Below are positions 1 to 7,118 of a stretch of DNA of 13,085 nucleotides, piece after piece. How positions within the stretch are numbered: position 1 is the first letter of the stretch; every line of letters begins with the position of its first letter. The stretch spans positions 1 to 13,085 of the forward strand of contig NZ_CM001976.1 in the NCBI RefSeq assembly GCF_000406145.1, in the 5' to 3' direction. The notes beneath the pieces were generated by a model that was given only the letters and a program-made list of their open reading frames with translations, was not told where the DNA came from and made no database searches. The translations under genes were made by a program, and so were the position numbers. This stretch comes from Dickeya dadantii NCPPB 898 (GTDB lineage Bacteria; Pseudomonadota; Gammaproteobacteria; Enterobacterales; Enterobacteriaceae).

Positions 1-6
1 TCCACA
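1..6 (+). promoter_or_regulatory. Probable 3' two-thirds (TCCACA) of a TTATCCACA DnaA box cut by the window edge, equivalent to the right-most (R4-type) box of oriC
   Basis: The window begins TCCACA. Exactly 22 nt follow before the mioC stop codon (29-31). As I recall the E. coli oriC right flank, R4 (TTATCCACA) is also followed by 22 nt and then TTATTTGAG, the reverse-strand mioC stop. A GATC lies at 13-16. The first three bases of the box are outside the window, so this cannot be confirmed here. Confidence 0.5.
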
Positions 7-28
7 GATTCCGATCGAAAAAATAAAT

Positions 29-472
29 TTATTTGAGTAAATTTACCCATGATCCCAGCCAGGCTTCTGCGGGATCTTCCGGAATGTCGTGTTGGGTAAT
101 GTCGATCTTCAGCATATCGCCGATCCGACGGGCGCCCAGATCCTGCAGTAATTGATCCACTTTGACGATCGCACCGCAGAAGGTGTCGTACTCACTGCTG
201 CCGATCCCAATAGCGCCATAGCGAACCGCGGACAAATCAGGCCGTTTCGTTTGCAGGTCGTCATAAAACGGTTGCAGGTTGTCCGGCAGGTCGCCTGCGC
301 CGTGGGTGGATGTTACTACCAGCCACAGGTTTTCAGGCGTGACCTCATCCAGTTCCGGACCGTGCAGCAGCGTGGTCGTTAAATTGTTTTGTTGCAGCAG
401 TGATTCCAGGTGCTCGGTAACGTACTCGGCGCTGCCAAGGGTGCTGCCGCTGATGAGGGTAATGTCTGCCAT
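29..472 (-). CDS. mioC: MioC, FMN-binding flavodoxin-like protein (147 aa)
   Basis: From the internal ATG at 472 the product begins MADITLISGSTLGSAEYV and ends DIPEDPAEAWLGSWVNLLK. It is near-collinear with E. coli MioC (147 aa) along its whole length. The 181-aa ORF in the track adds 34 residues that overlap the asnC stop, so I reject that extension. The position next to oriC and asnC is the canonical synteny. Confidence 0.93.
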   Translation of the reverse strand: MADITLISGSTLGSAEYVTEHLESLLQQNNLTTTLLHGPELDEVTPENLWLVVTSTHGAGDLPDNLQPFYDDLQTKRPDLSAVRYGAIGIGSSEYDTFCGAIVKVDQLLQDLGARRIGDMLKIDITQHDIPEDPAEAWLGSWVNLLK

Positions 473-502
473 ACGCGATCCCGCCTGATTGAATGACGGC
501 AC

Positions 503-542
503 ATTGTACGCTGTGATCTTGGTGGGATCTACCTGTGGATAA
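503..542 (-). promoter_or_regulatory. mioC promoter region: -10 TACAAT (503-508, minus strand) with a perfect consensus DnaA box TTATCCACA (534-542, minus strand) at or just upstream of the -35
   Basis: The plus strand reads TGTGGATAA at 534-542, which is TTATCCACA on the gene strand. ATTGTA at 503-508 is TACAAT on the gene strand, about 30 nt upstream of the mioC ATG. Three GATC sites (477-480, 515-518, 526-529) lie in the 91-bp asnC-mioC spacer. In E. coli, PmioC is repressed by DnaA through a box in this position. Confidence 0.7.
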
Positions 543-563
543 TAGGGGGATAGTAAAAAGGCC

Positions 564-1028
564 TTAAGGCACAATGGTACGCATAATCGGGTTTTGCAGG
601 GAGATCAGGGTTTCAGTGGACTGAATTTCATCAATTGTCTGAATCTTGTTGATAAGTACATGTTGCAGCGCATCAATGGAACGGCACATCACCTTAATGA
701 AGATGCTGTAATGCCCGGTGGTGTAGTACGCCTCCACCACTTCTTCCAGATTACTGAGCTTTTCCACCGCGGACGGATAGTCCTTGGCGCTTTTCAGGAT
801 GATGCCGATAAAGCAACAGACGTCGTACCCCAGCTGTTTAGGGTTCACGTCCAGACGGGTTCCCACGATGATGCCGGCCTGCTTCATCTTTTCTACCCGT
901 ACATGGATGGTGCCGGGGCTGACGGAGAACTGTTTGGCCAGTTCGGCGTAAGGTGTGCGGGCGTTCTCCATCAGCGCGTTGAGGATGCCGCGATCAAGTT
1001 CGTCCATTGTGTAGGTGTCTGCTGCCAT
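564..1028 (-). CDS. asnC: AsnC, Lrp/AsnC-family transcriptional regulator (154 aa)
   Basis: Long near-identical runs match E. coli AsnC, for example YAELAKQF.VSPGTIHVRVEKMKQAGII and HYSIFIKVMCRSIDALQHVLINKIQTIDEIQSTETLI. A GGAG Shine-Dalgarno lies 7 nt upstream of the ATG at 1028. Confidence 0.95.
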   Translation of the reverse strand: MAADTYTMDELDRGILNALMENARTPYAELAKQFSVSPGTIHVRVEKMKQAGIIVGTRLDVNPKQLGYDVCCFIGIILKSAKDYPSAVEKLSNLEEVVEAYYTTGHYSIFIKVMCRSIDALQHVLINKIQTIDEIQSTETLISLQNPIMRTIVP

Positions 1029-1174
1029 GGTGGTGCTCCGTGAAGGACTGTCTGAAGCGTTTTACTGATTATTGCCGAATGAATCAATGTCCAAACCGGT
1101 GGGGTGTTCAGGAAAGCGCTAGTAAAGCTCTATATAAGAAGAACAGTAGTCAGAAGAGCAGAAGGTTTGAGTTA

Positions 1175-2650
1175 TCAGACTTTTTCGTGCTGAAAGCGGC
1201 GCAGCAGGCGGCTTTTCAAGCCGGTGTCGAAGCGCCAGATATGATCGAAGATGCGCAGAATGCCGGGCTTGCCGTGCGCTGACATGGCGACCGCATGAAA
1301 ACGATGCTGCAGCCGATGCTGACGGCGTTTGACTTCATTGACCAGTTCGTCCGGCAGACGCTGGGCGATAAAGTCCGAAATAATGACGGCATCGGCATCC
1401 TGCCAGGACTGGCTGTCCATTTTTTCCAGCAGTGCCGACAGGCAACTATTCAGGTCAGTGCCGCCCCGGAAGGTCTGACTGAGAAAGCGGATCGCTTCTT
1501 CCAGCCCGCTTTCCGACGTCAGGTCGTAGCTGACGATGCCGGTGGAAAACAGCATGATGTAACAGCGGCGGTTGTCCGCCAGCGCGATCCGCATCAGCGC
1601 CAGACAAAAGGCTTTGGCGCAGCGTTCGTTAAACCCGCCCATCGAGCCGGAAGTATCCACACAAACGATAAACGGCCCGCGTGGCTGCTGCTCGTTATGC
1701 TGATGGACGACCGGCCGCTCCAGCGTCTTTTCCCGCCAGCTCTCCCCTTGCAGCCGGTAGGTCAATAACCGGTGCTCCGACAGACGGCGGTAAAACTCAA
1801 ATTCCAACTCACTGATGCCAAGGGTGGAAAGCTCGGTGGGCAGCAAGCGCAGAATATCGTCGCTCTGGTGGATGCCGCTGACCTGCTCCGGCGCAAAAGC
1901 CGGTTCGCGCACCATGACCTGAAAGGCTTCTTTGGGGGCATCCTGGCTGAGAACCGATTTAGTCTCCCGGCTACGACCGAGACGCTCCGCCAGACGCTGC
2001 AGTTCCGGCTGTTGCCGCAAAAAGGCGCCAACTTCCAGTAACGCATTGAATGGCTGCTTCATCCGTTTGCTGGCGCTGAGATCCCACAGTCTCCCGGCGG
2101 CGGTATCGTTGTCAGCCAGAATGGGTTCAAGCGCGCCGCTGATGGTCAGGCGTTTTTGGATCTCGTCCAGCAACTGATCCCGCTCCTGCTCCATGATTTG
2201 CTGATGCAGATTCAGGGTTTGCAGCGTCAGGCTAAGGCGCCAGCGCTGCATAAACAGGCCGTGCTGGCTGCTGCTAATGCGCGATTCCGACGAATGCGAC
2301 GCGGAATGAACCAGCTTTTCAGCCTGATTCAGGAAGGGGGAATCCACATTATGTAAGGTGGACATGATGTCCGGCAGGTTGGACTGAAAGGTGTGATCGC
2401 TGATCAACTGGGTCTGCTGATAGCAGGTGAACTCTTTTTCCAGTTCGGGCGGCGCTTGGGTATTGCGCAACCGTTGCCGGAGGTTTTCTTTCCACTCCGG
2501 CAAATCACGCATGACGGCGGCTTTCAGACGCGGGTATTTGTCGAAGAACATCATCAACTGAGGCGTTGCCATCAGGGTGATAATCACGTCATCCAACAGA
2601 TCGTTTTCATCGATGGACAACAGCATCTCCAGGGATTCCAGCGTCAGCAT
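1175..2650 (-). CDS. viaA: ViaA, von Willebrand factor A domain protein that partners RavA (491 aa)
   Basis: Collinear with E. coli ViaA (483 aa). It has the VWA MIDAS motif in [13 protein letters not shown] and the conserved C-terminus [28 protein letters not shown]. It carries a slightly longer Ser/His-rich linker ([17 protein letters not shown]) than E. coli. The start lies 5 nt after the ravA stop, with a GGGAG Shine-Dalgarno inside the ravA 3' end, indicating an operon with translational coupling. Confidence 0.95.
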   Translation of the reverse strand: MLTLESLEMLLSIDENDLLDDVIITLMATPQLMMFFDKYPRLKAAVMRDLPEWKENLRQRLRNTQAPPELEKEFTCYQQTQLISDHTFQSNLPDIMSTLHNVDSPFLNQAEKLVHSASHSSESRISSSQHGLFMQRWRLSLTLQTLNLHQQIMEQERDQLLDEIQKRLTISGALEPILADNDTAAGRLWDLSASKRMKQPFNALLEVGAFLRQQPELQRLAERLGRSRETKSVLSQDAPKEAFQVMVREPAFAPEQVSGIHQSDDILRLLPTELSTLGISELEFEFYRRLSEHRLLTYRLQGESWREKTLERPVVHQHNEQQPRGPFIVCVDTSGSMGGFNERCAKAFCLALMRIALADNRRCYIMLFSTGIVSYDLTSESGLEEAIRFLSQTFRGGTDLNSCLSALLEKMDSQSWQDADAVIISDFIAQRLPDELVNEVKRRQHRLQHRFHAVAMSAHGKPGILRIFDHIWRFDTGLKSRLLRRFQHEKV

Positions 2651-2655
2651 GATCG

Positions 2656-4152
2656 TTACTCCCGTTGTGACTGCTCTATTTGTTCATCGACCTGCTGCAG
2701 GCTTTCTTCAATCCTGGCAAGCCATTCTTTGGGCACAAACAGGCAAGGCTGATGACGTTCAAACAATCGACGTTGCTCACGTAACTGAATTTTCAGCGTT
2801 TCATATTCCTGAAGCATCTCTTCCGGCAGTTCACCTTTGATCACGCCCGGCAAAGACAATACGGTGCTTTGCAAACTGATATCGCGGATGATCAGATGCT
2901 GGCGCTCATCCACTTCCATATCCAGACGCTGGCTAAAACCGACGCCGTTGAGCTTGCCGCGTATTTCGCCGCCTTTCTGCAGCCATCCCGCCAGCGCTTC
3001 CCGGTCGAGTACTACGTGGGTTACGGTGTAGTCGTTGAGCAGCAGCGGTTTTTGCAGCATCAGCGTCAGTTCGGTGGACGTCAGACTTTCCGGCAGCGTG
3101 TGATGCGGTTTGCGGCCGAAAAAGTTGGCCTGACGTTCAACCCTGAAAGCCTGTTGCTCGCTCTGCTGCTGTTGGTATTGCTGGCGTTTCACATTTAACT
3201 GTTGCAACCGGTACAGCAGTGCTCGCTGCTGATAGGCCTGCTCGCTCATCAACTGCTGTAATTGCTGTTCCACCAGGTCGTGGGTGCCTAGGTCATGCCA
3301 CAGGCAATCCTTGAGCAGGATTAGGTCAACCGGGGTAATGGTTTCCCGCCCGCTGAAGAAGGCGCAGGCCTGCAACAGGCGGATGGCTTTTTTCCAGCGG
3401 CGATCGGAAACGTATGGCGAACCGTCCTGAGAGTCCAGACGCTGGCGCAACTGATAAATCAGTTCGAAGCAATTTTCCGGCAACGGTATATGATCGATAT
3501 GAGACTGCCACTGTTGGTACTCTTCGTCGCTGACGCTCAACGCCGGGCTGACCAGGTTGTCCTGTTCGCCGGGCGAGGCGGTAAGCATGGCGCGAAAATT
3601 GTGTTTGTCCTGTACCCGGTCCAGCCAGATGCGGATCAGCATACGGTCGTACAAGGCTTCCAGACTGCTGTCGGCTTCCGGCAGTTCGTTGGACGCGGTG
3701 ACCAGCAGCCGCATCGGGATCGGTTCTTCACTGTTGCCGTTGCGAAAACGCCGCTCGTTGATGGCGGTCAGCAGGGTGTTGAGGATGGCGGGGCCGGCTT
3801 TCCAGATTTCATCCAGAAAGACAATTTCCGCTTCCGGCAGGTAGCCGGTGGTCAGGCGCTGGTAACGCCCTTCGTCTTTCAGCGCCTGAATGGATAGCGG
3901 ACCGAATACTTCTTCCGGCGTTGAAAAGCGCGTCATCAGGTATTCGAAGGCGCGGGCGTGTCGGAAGGCGTATTTCAGGCGGCGGGCAATCAGGCTTTTG
4001 GCGATACCCGGCGGCCCCAGCAGGAAGACGCTTTCACCGCTAAGCGCCGCCAGCAGGCAGAGTCGGATGGCGTGTTGCCGTTCGTAAAGACCGTGTTCGA
4101 GAGCATGGCTCAGGCGAGAGATACGGTCGGCCAGCGCTGTGGGTTGTATCAT
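2656..4152 (-). CDS. ravA: RavA, MoxR-family AAA+ ATPase (498 aa)
   Basis: Same length as E. coli RavA. Walker A is GPPGIAKS and Walker B is IVFLDEIWK. Extended near-identity includes [34 protein letters not shown] and [16 protein letters not shown]. Confidence 0.96.
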   Translation of the reverse strand: MIQPTALADRISRLSHALEHGLYERQHAIRLCLLAALSGESVFLLGPPGIAKSLIARRLKYAFRHARAFEYLMTRFSTPEEVFGPLSIQALKDEGRYQRLTTGYLPEAEIVFLDEIWKAGPAILNTLLTAINERRFRNGNSEEPIPMRLLVTASNELPEADSSLEALYDRMLIRIWLDRVQDKHNFRAMLTASPGEQDNLVSPALSVSDEEYQQWQSHIDHIPLPENCFELIYQLRQRLDSQDGSPYVSDRRWKKAIRLLQACAFFSGRETITPVDLILLKDCLWHDLGTHDLVEQQLQQLMSEQAYQQRALLYRLQQLNVKRQQYQQQQSEQQAFRVERQANFFGRKPHHTLPESLTSTELTLMLQKPLLLNDYTVTHVVLDREALAGWLQKGGEIRGKLNGVGFSQRLDMEVDERQHLIIRDISLQSTVLSLPGVIKGELPEEMLQEYETLKIQLREQRRLFERHQPCLFVPKEWLARIEESLQQVDEQIEQSQRE

Positions 4153-4427
4153 AATAGATCCGTCATTGCTGTGAATCGCCGTCGGGAAGCGTGAAAATAC
4201 GAGTTATGCAAAAACGTTGGGAAGATTACGTTTTCTTCATTAGCCATACATTAATTATTGTCACCATTACCGGTGTTAATCAACCAAGGCGCCGGTACCG
4301 AATCAGAACCAAGGTAGTATTAAAAAATGGGCTTTTAACGTGATTTGTGCATACTGTGCGTTTTCGGGCTAGTCCAACCAGAATAAGGCCCGATTTGTTA
4401 ATGAATTGATAACAGAAGACAGGGTTT

Positions 4428-6296
4428 ATGAATTCAGAACATAAACGTTCACTTCCGGCGATCACGCTGGCTGCCATCGGGGTGGTGTATGGCGACATTG
4501 GCACCAGCCCGCTTTATACGCTCAGGGAATGTCTTTCCGGACAGTTTGGCTTTGGGGTTGAACCCGATTCCGTCTTTGGCTTTCTCTCCCTGATATTCTG
4601 GCTGCTGGTGCTGGTGGTATCCCTTAAGTATCTGAGCTATGTCATGCGCGCCGATAACGCCGGCGAAGGCGGCATTCTGACGCTGATGTCGCTGGCCGGG
4701 CGCAATACGTCCGATAAAGTGACCGCCATGGTAGTGATCATGGGGTTGATCGGCGGCAGCTTTTTCTATGGCGAGGTGGTGATCACCCCAGCGATTTCGG
4801 TGATGTCGGCGATTGAAGGGCTGGATATCGTCGCGCCGTCGCTGGATACCTACATTGTCCCGATCTCGATTGTGGTGCTGACGCTGCTGTTCATGATTCA
4901 GAAACACGGTACCGGCCGGGTGGGTAGCCTGTTTGCGCCGATCATGACGGTGTGGTTTCTGTCGCTCGGGGTGCTGGGCGTGCGCAGTATCATCGCCAAT
5001 CCCGAGGTGCTGCAGGCGCTGAATCCCAAATGGGCCATCAACTTCTTTATTCAGTACAAAGCGGTATCCTTCTTTGCGCTGGGGGCGGTGGTGCTGGCTA
5101 TCACCGGGGTGGAAGCGCTGTACGCCGACATGGGGCACTTTGGCAAGCTGCCCATTCGCATCGCCTGGTTTTCCGCGGTATTGCCGTCGCTGGTGCTTAA
5201 CTACTTTGGTCAGGGGGCGTTGTTGCTGAAAAATCCCGAGGCCATCAAAAACCCGTTCTTCCTCCTGGCACCTGACTGGGCGCTGATTCCGCTGCTGGTG
5301 CTGGCGACGCTGGCGACCATCATCGCCTCTCAGGCGGTGATTTCCGGGGTGTTTTCGCTGACCCGACAGGCGGTGCGCCTGGGGTATTTGCCGCCGATGC
5401 GCATCGTGCATACTTCGGATATGGAATCCGGGCAGATTTATATTCCGTTTATCAACTGGCTGCTGTACGTGGCGGTGGTAATCGTTATTGTCAGCTTTGA
5501 ACATTCCAGCAATCTGGCCGCCGCCTACGGTATTGCGGTGACCGGCACCATGGTGCTGACCAGTATTCTGTCCTGTACGGTGGCGGTGAAAAACTGGCAC
5601 TGGTATCGCCATCTGGTCTGGTTGTTGCTGGTGGCGCTGCTAGCCATCGACCTGCCGATGTTTCTGGCCAACGTGGTGAAGATTATTTCCGGCGGCTGGT
5701 TGCCGCTGGCGCTGGGGATGGTGATGTTTACCATCATGACCACCTGGAAAAGCGAACGCTTCCGGCTGCTGCGCCGTATCCACGAGCATGGCAATTCGCT
5801 GGACGCGATGATTACTTCGCTGGAAAAGAACCCGCCGGTGCGGGTGACCGGTACCGCGGTCTATCTTTCACGCGCCACCCACGTGATTCCGTTTGCGCTG
5901 CTGCACAATCTTAAGCACAACAAGGTATTGCATGAACGCGTGGTGCTGCTGACCATGAGAACGGAAGACGCGCCTTATGTGCACAATGCCCGGCGTGTTT
6001 CGGTGGAACAGCTTTCTCCAACCTTCTGGCGCGTCGTCGCCAGTTATGGCTGGCGTGAAACTCCTAATGTGGAAGAGGTTTTTCACCGTTGCTGGCAGGA
6101 TGGCTTGACCTGTCAGATGATGGAAACCACATTCTTCCTGTCGAACGAATCACTGATGATGGGCAATCGACCCTGGTATCTGCGTGTTCGCGGCAAACTG
6201 TTCATGATGCTGAGCCGCAATGCGCTGCGGGCGGCGGATCAGTTTGAAATCCCACCAAACCGCCTGATCGAACTCGGCATTCAGGTGGAAATCTAA
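4428..6296 (+). CDS. kup: Kup (TrkD), KUP/HAK/KT-family low-affinity K+ uptake transporter (622 aa)
   Basis: Same length as E. coli Kup. It has the family signature [19 protein letters not shown], a multi-TM hydrophobic N-terminal two-thirds, and the conserved cytoplasmic tail ending FEIPPNR.IELG.QVEI. Confidence 0.97.
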   Translation: MNSEHKRSLPAITLAAIGVVYGDIGTSPLYTLRECLSGQFGFGVEPDSVFGFLSLIFWLLVLVVSLKYLSYVMRADNAGEGGILTLMSLAGRNTSDKVTAMVVIMGLIGGSFFYGEVVITPAISVMSAIEGLDIVAPSLDTYIVPISIVVLTLLFMIQKHGTGRVGSLFAPIMTVWFLSLGVLGVRSIIANPEVLQALNPKWAINFFIQYKAVSFFALGAVVLAITGVEALYADMGHFGKLPIRIAWFSAVLPSLVLNYFGQGALLLKNPEAIKNPFFLLAPDWALIPLLVLATLATIIASQAVISGVFSLTRQAVRLGYLPPMRIVHTSDMESGQIYIPFINWLLYVAVVIVIVSFEHSSNLAAAYGIAVTGTMVLTSILSCTVAVKNWHWYRHLVWLLLVALLAIDLPMFLANVVKIISGGWLPLALGMVMFTIMTTWKSERFRLLRRIHEHGNSLDAMITSLEKNPPVRVTGTAVYLSRATHVIPFALLHNLKHNKVLHERVVLLTMRTEDAPYVHNARRVSVEQLSPTFWRVVASYGWRETPNVEEVFHRCWQDGLTCQMMETTFFLSNESLMMGNRPWYLRVRGKLFMMLSRNALRAADQFEIPPNRLIELGIQVEI

Positions 6297-6309
6297 CGCC
6301 TGATTTCAC

Positions 6310-6353
6310 GGCGAAAGCGGGTGATATGTTGTAAACACTCACCCGTTTTCGCC
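6310..6353 (+). other. Strong stem-loop 14 nt downstream of the kup stop: 15-bp stem, 14-nt loop, no U-tract
   Basis: GGCGAAAGCGGGTGA (6310-6324) pairs with TCACCCGTTTTCGCC (6339-6353). There are 14 Watson-Crick pairs plus one G-T. The loop is tatgttgtaaacac. It is followed by gctcgttacc, so it is not a canonical intrinsic terminator on either strand. It may be a kup 3'-end or stabiliser structure, or a protein-binding palindrome. Confidence 0.45.
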
Positions 6354-6581
6354 GCTCGTTACCGAGTATCCTCCTCTGTATCCGTCTCTGTTGCCCTTTT
6401 TCCGGGTGGCGCTGAAAGGCGAACTGAACAAAGGTTTCAGCTCGGTTCAACGGGTGTGAAACAGATACGGAAAATCCGGCAATAGCCCTGTCTTATCAGG
6501 CGGGTTGCGGTTCTGCAGTGGCTTCCGGCTGGGCATTTTTATTGGTTTTAATAACTTAAAATCTCCCTTTTATTACGCCAA

Positions 6582-6593
6582 CGAAACGTTTCG
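6582..6593. promoter_or_regulatory. Distal RbsR-operator-like perfect palindrome CGAAACGTTTCG
   Basis: This 12-bp perfect palindrome is identical to the core of the proximal operator at 6660-6675. The two centres are exactly 80 bp apart. It overlaps the left half of the putative CRP site. Confidence 0.45.
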
Positions 6594-6608
6594 ATAACGA
6601 TCACATTT
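6587..6608. promoter_or_regulatory. Putative CRP-cAMP binding site (class I position) for the rbs promoter
   Basis: The sequence is cgtTTCGAtaacgaTCACAttt. The right half is a perfect GATCACATTT. The left half matches 3 of 5 positions of TGTGA. The centre at about 6597.5 is roughly 60 bp upstream of the predicted start site. The rbs operon is CRP-activated in E. coli. Confidence 0.45.
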
Positions 6609-6622
6609 TCATAAGATAATCG

Positions 6623-6650
6623 TTGCCTTCTCCGGTTCTTTTTCTACACT
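6623..6650 (+). promoter_or_regulatory. Predicted sigma70 promoter of rbsDACBKR: -35 TTGCCT (6623-6628), 16-bp spacer, -10 TACACT (6645-6650)
   Basis: The hexamers were read directly from the sequence. This geometry places the RbsR palindrome at about +3 to +18 and the CRP site near -60, which is consistent with what is known for E. coli rbs. No experimental support is available. Confidence 0.4.
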
Positions 6651-6659
6651 TGTCATACA

Positions 6660-6675
6660 AGCGAAACGTTTCGCT
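6660..6675. promoter_or_regulatory. RbsR operator: 16-bp perfect palindrome AGCGAAACGTTTCGCT
   Basis: It matches the E. coli rbs operator core (GCGAAACGTTTCGC) as I recall it. It lies between the predicted -10 and the rbsD start codon at 6692. Confidence 0.85.
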
Positions 6676-6691
6676 ATCAGGGTAAATAAAA

Positions 6692-7111
6692 ATGAAAAAA
6701 GGTGCGTTACTTAATTCCGATATTTCATCGGTGATTTCCCGGTTGGGACATACCGACCAGATTGTCATTGCTGATGCCGGTTTGCCGATTCCGGAGACCA
6801 CAACCCGTATCGATTTGGCCTTGACCCACAATGTGCCCGGCTTTTTGCAGGTGCTGAATGTGGTGACGACGGAAATGCAGGTTGAAGCCGCGATTCTGGC
6901 GCAGGAAATCATCGAGAAGAATACGCAACTCCATGACGCATTATTGAAACAGTTAGCACAACTTGAACAACACCAGGGAAATACTATTTCACTGCATTAC
7001 GTCAGCCACGAGGATTTCAAAAAGCAAAGTGGTCAAAGCCGGGCCATTATTCGCACTGGGGAATGCTCTCCCTATGCGAATGTGATCCTTTGTGCCGGCG
7101 TCACCTTCTGA
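6692..7111 (+). CDS. rbsD: RbsD, D-ribose pyranase (139 aa)
   Basis: Same length as E. coli RbsD, with [20 protein letters not shown] at the N-terminus and [16 protein letters not shown] at the C-terminus. Confidence 0.96.
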   Translation: MKKGALLNSDISSVISRLGHTDQIVIADAGLPIPETTTRIDLALTHNVPGFLQVLNVVTTEMQVEAAILAQEIIEKNTQLHDALLKQLAQLEQHQGNTISLHYVSHEDFKKQSGQSRAIIRTGECSPYANVILCAGVTF

Positions 7112-7118
7112 GGTACCG

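Noticed and set aside
473-574. 34-codon N-terminal extension of the mioC ORF (track ORF 29..574)
   Set aside because: The extension overlaps the asnC stop and runs through the mioC promoter and DnaA box. The conserved MioC N-terminus MADITLISG starts at the ATG at 472, giving the canonical 147 aa.
594-1043. 149-aa plus-strand ORF antisense to asnC, and similar 60-160-aa ORFs antisense to viaA and ravA (for example 1295..1768 and 3490..3897)
   Set aside because: All lie fully within well-supported conserved genes on the opposite strand and have no independent signals. They are shadow ORFs.
1007-1282. 91-aa plus-strand ORF at the position where asnA would be expected
   Set aside because: It has no resemblance to AsnA. 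It overlaps the asnC start and the viaA 3' end, has a Cys/Lys-rich odd composition, and has no Shine-Dalgarno.
1653-1661. Near-consensus DnaA box GTATCCACA (8 of 9 positions) inside viaA
   Set aside because: It is a single imperfect box inside conserved coding sequence (the VCVDTSGS region on the opposite strand). It is most likely a by-product of codon choice rather than a regulatory site.
4449-5612. 387-aa ORF on the minus strand, entirely inside kup
   Set aside because: The product is Arg/His/Gln/Gly-rich and low complexity, with no recognisable domain. It is antisense to a full-length, highly conserved kup. This is a typical shadow ORF of a GC-rich, codon-biased gene.
6202-6450. 82-aa minus-strand ORF spanning the kup 3' end and the downstream spacer
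   Set aside because: It would start at a TTG with no Shine-Dalgarno, the product is Arg-rich junk, it overlaps the conserved kup C-terminus antisense, and it runs through the 15-bp hairpin.
7092-7118. Upstream GTG start for rbsA (track ORF 7092..8624)
   Set aside because: It lies inside rbsD. The ATG at 7119 has a GAGG Shine-Dalgarno and reproduces the 501-aa E. coli RbsA N-terminus.
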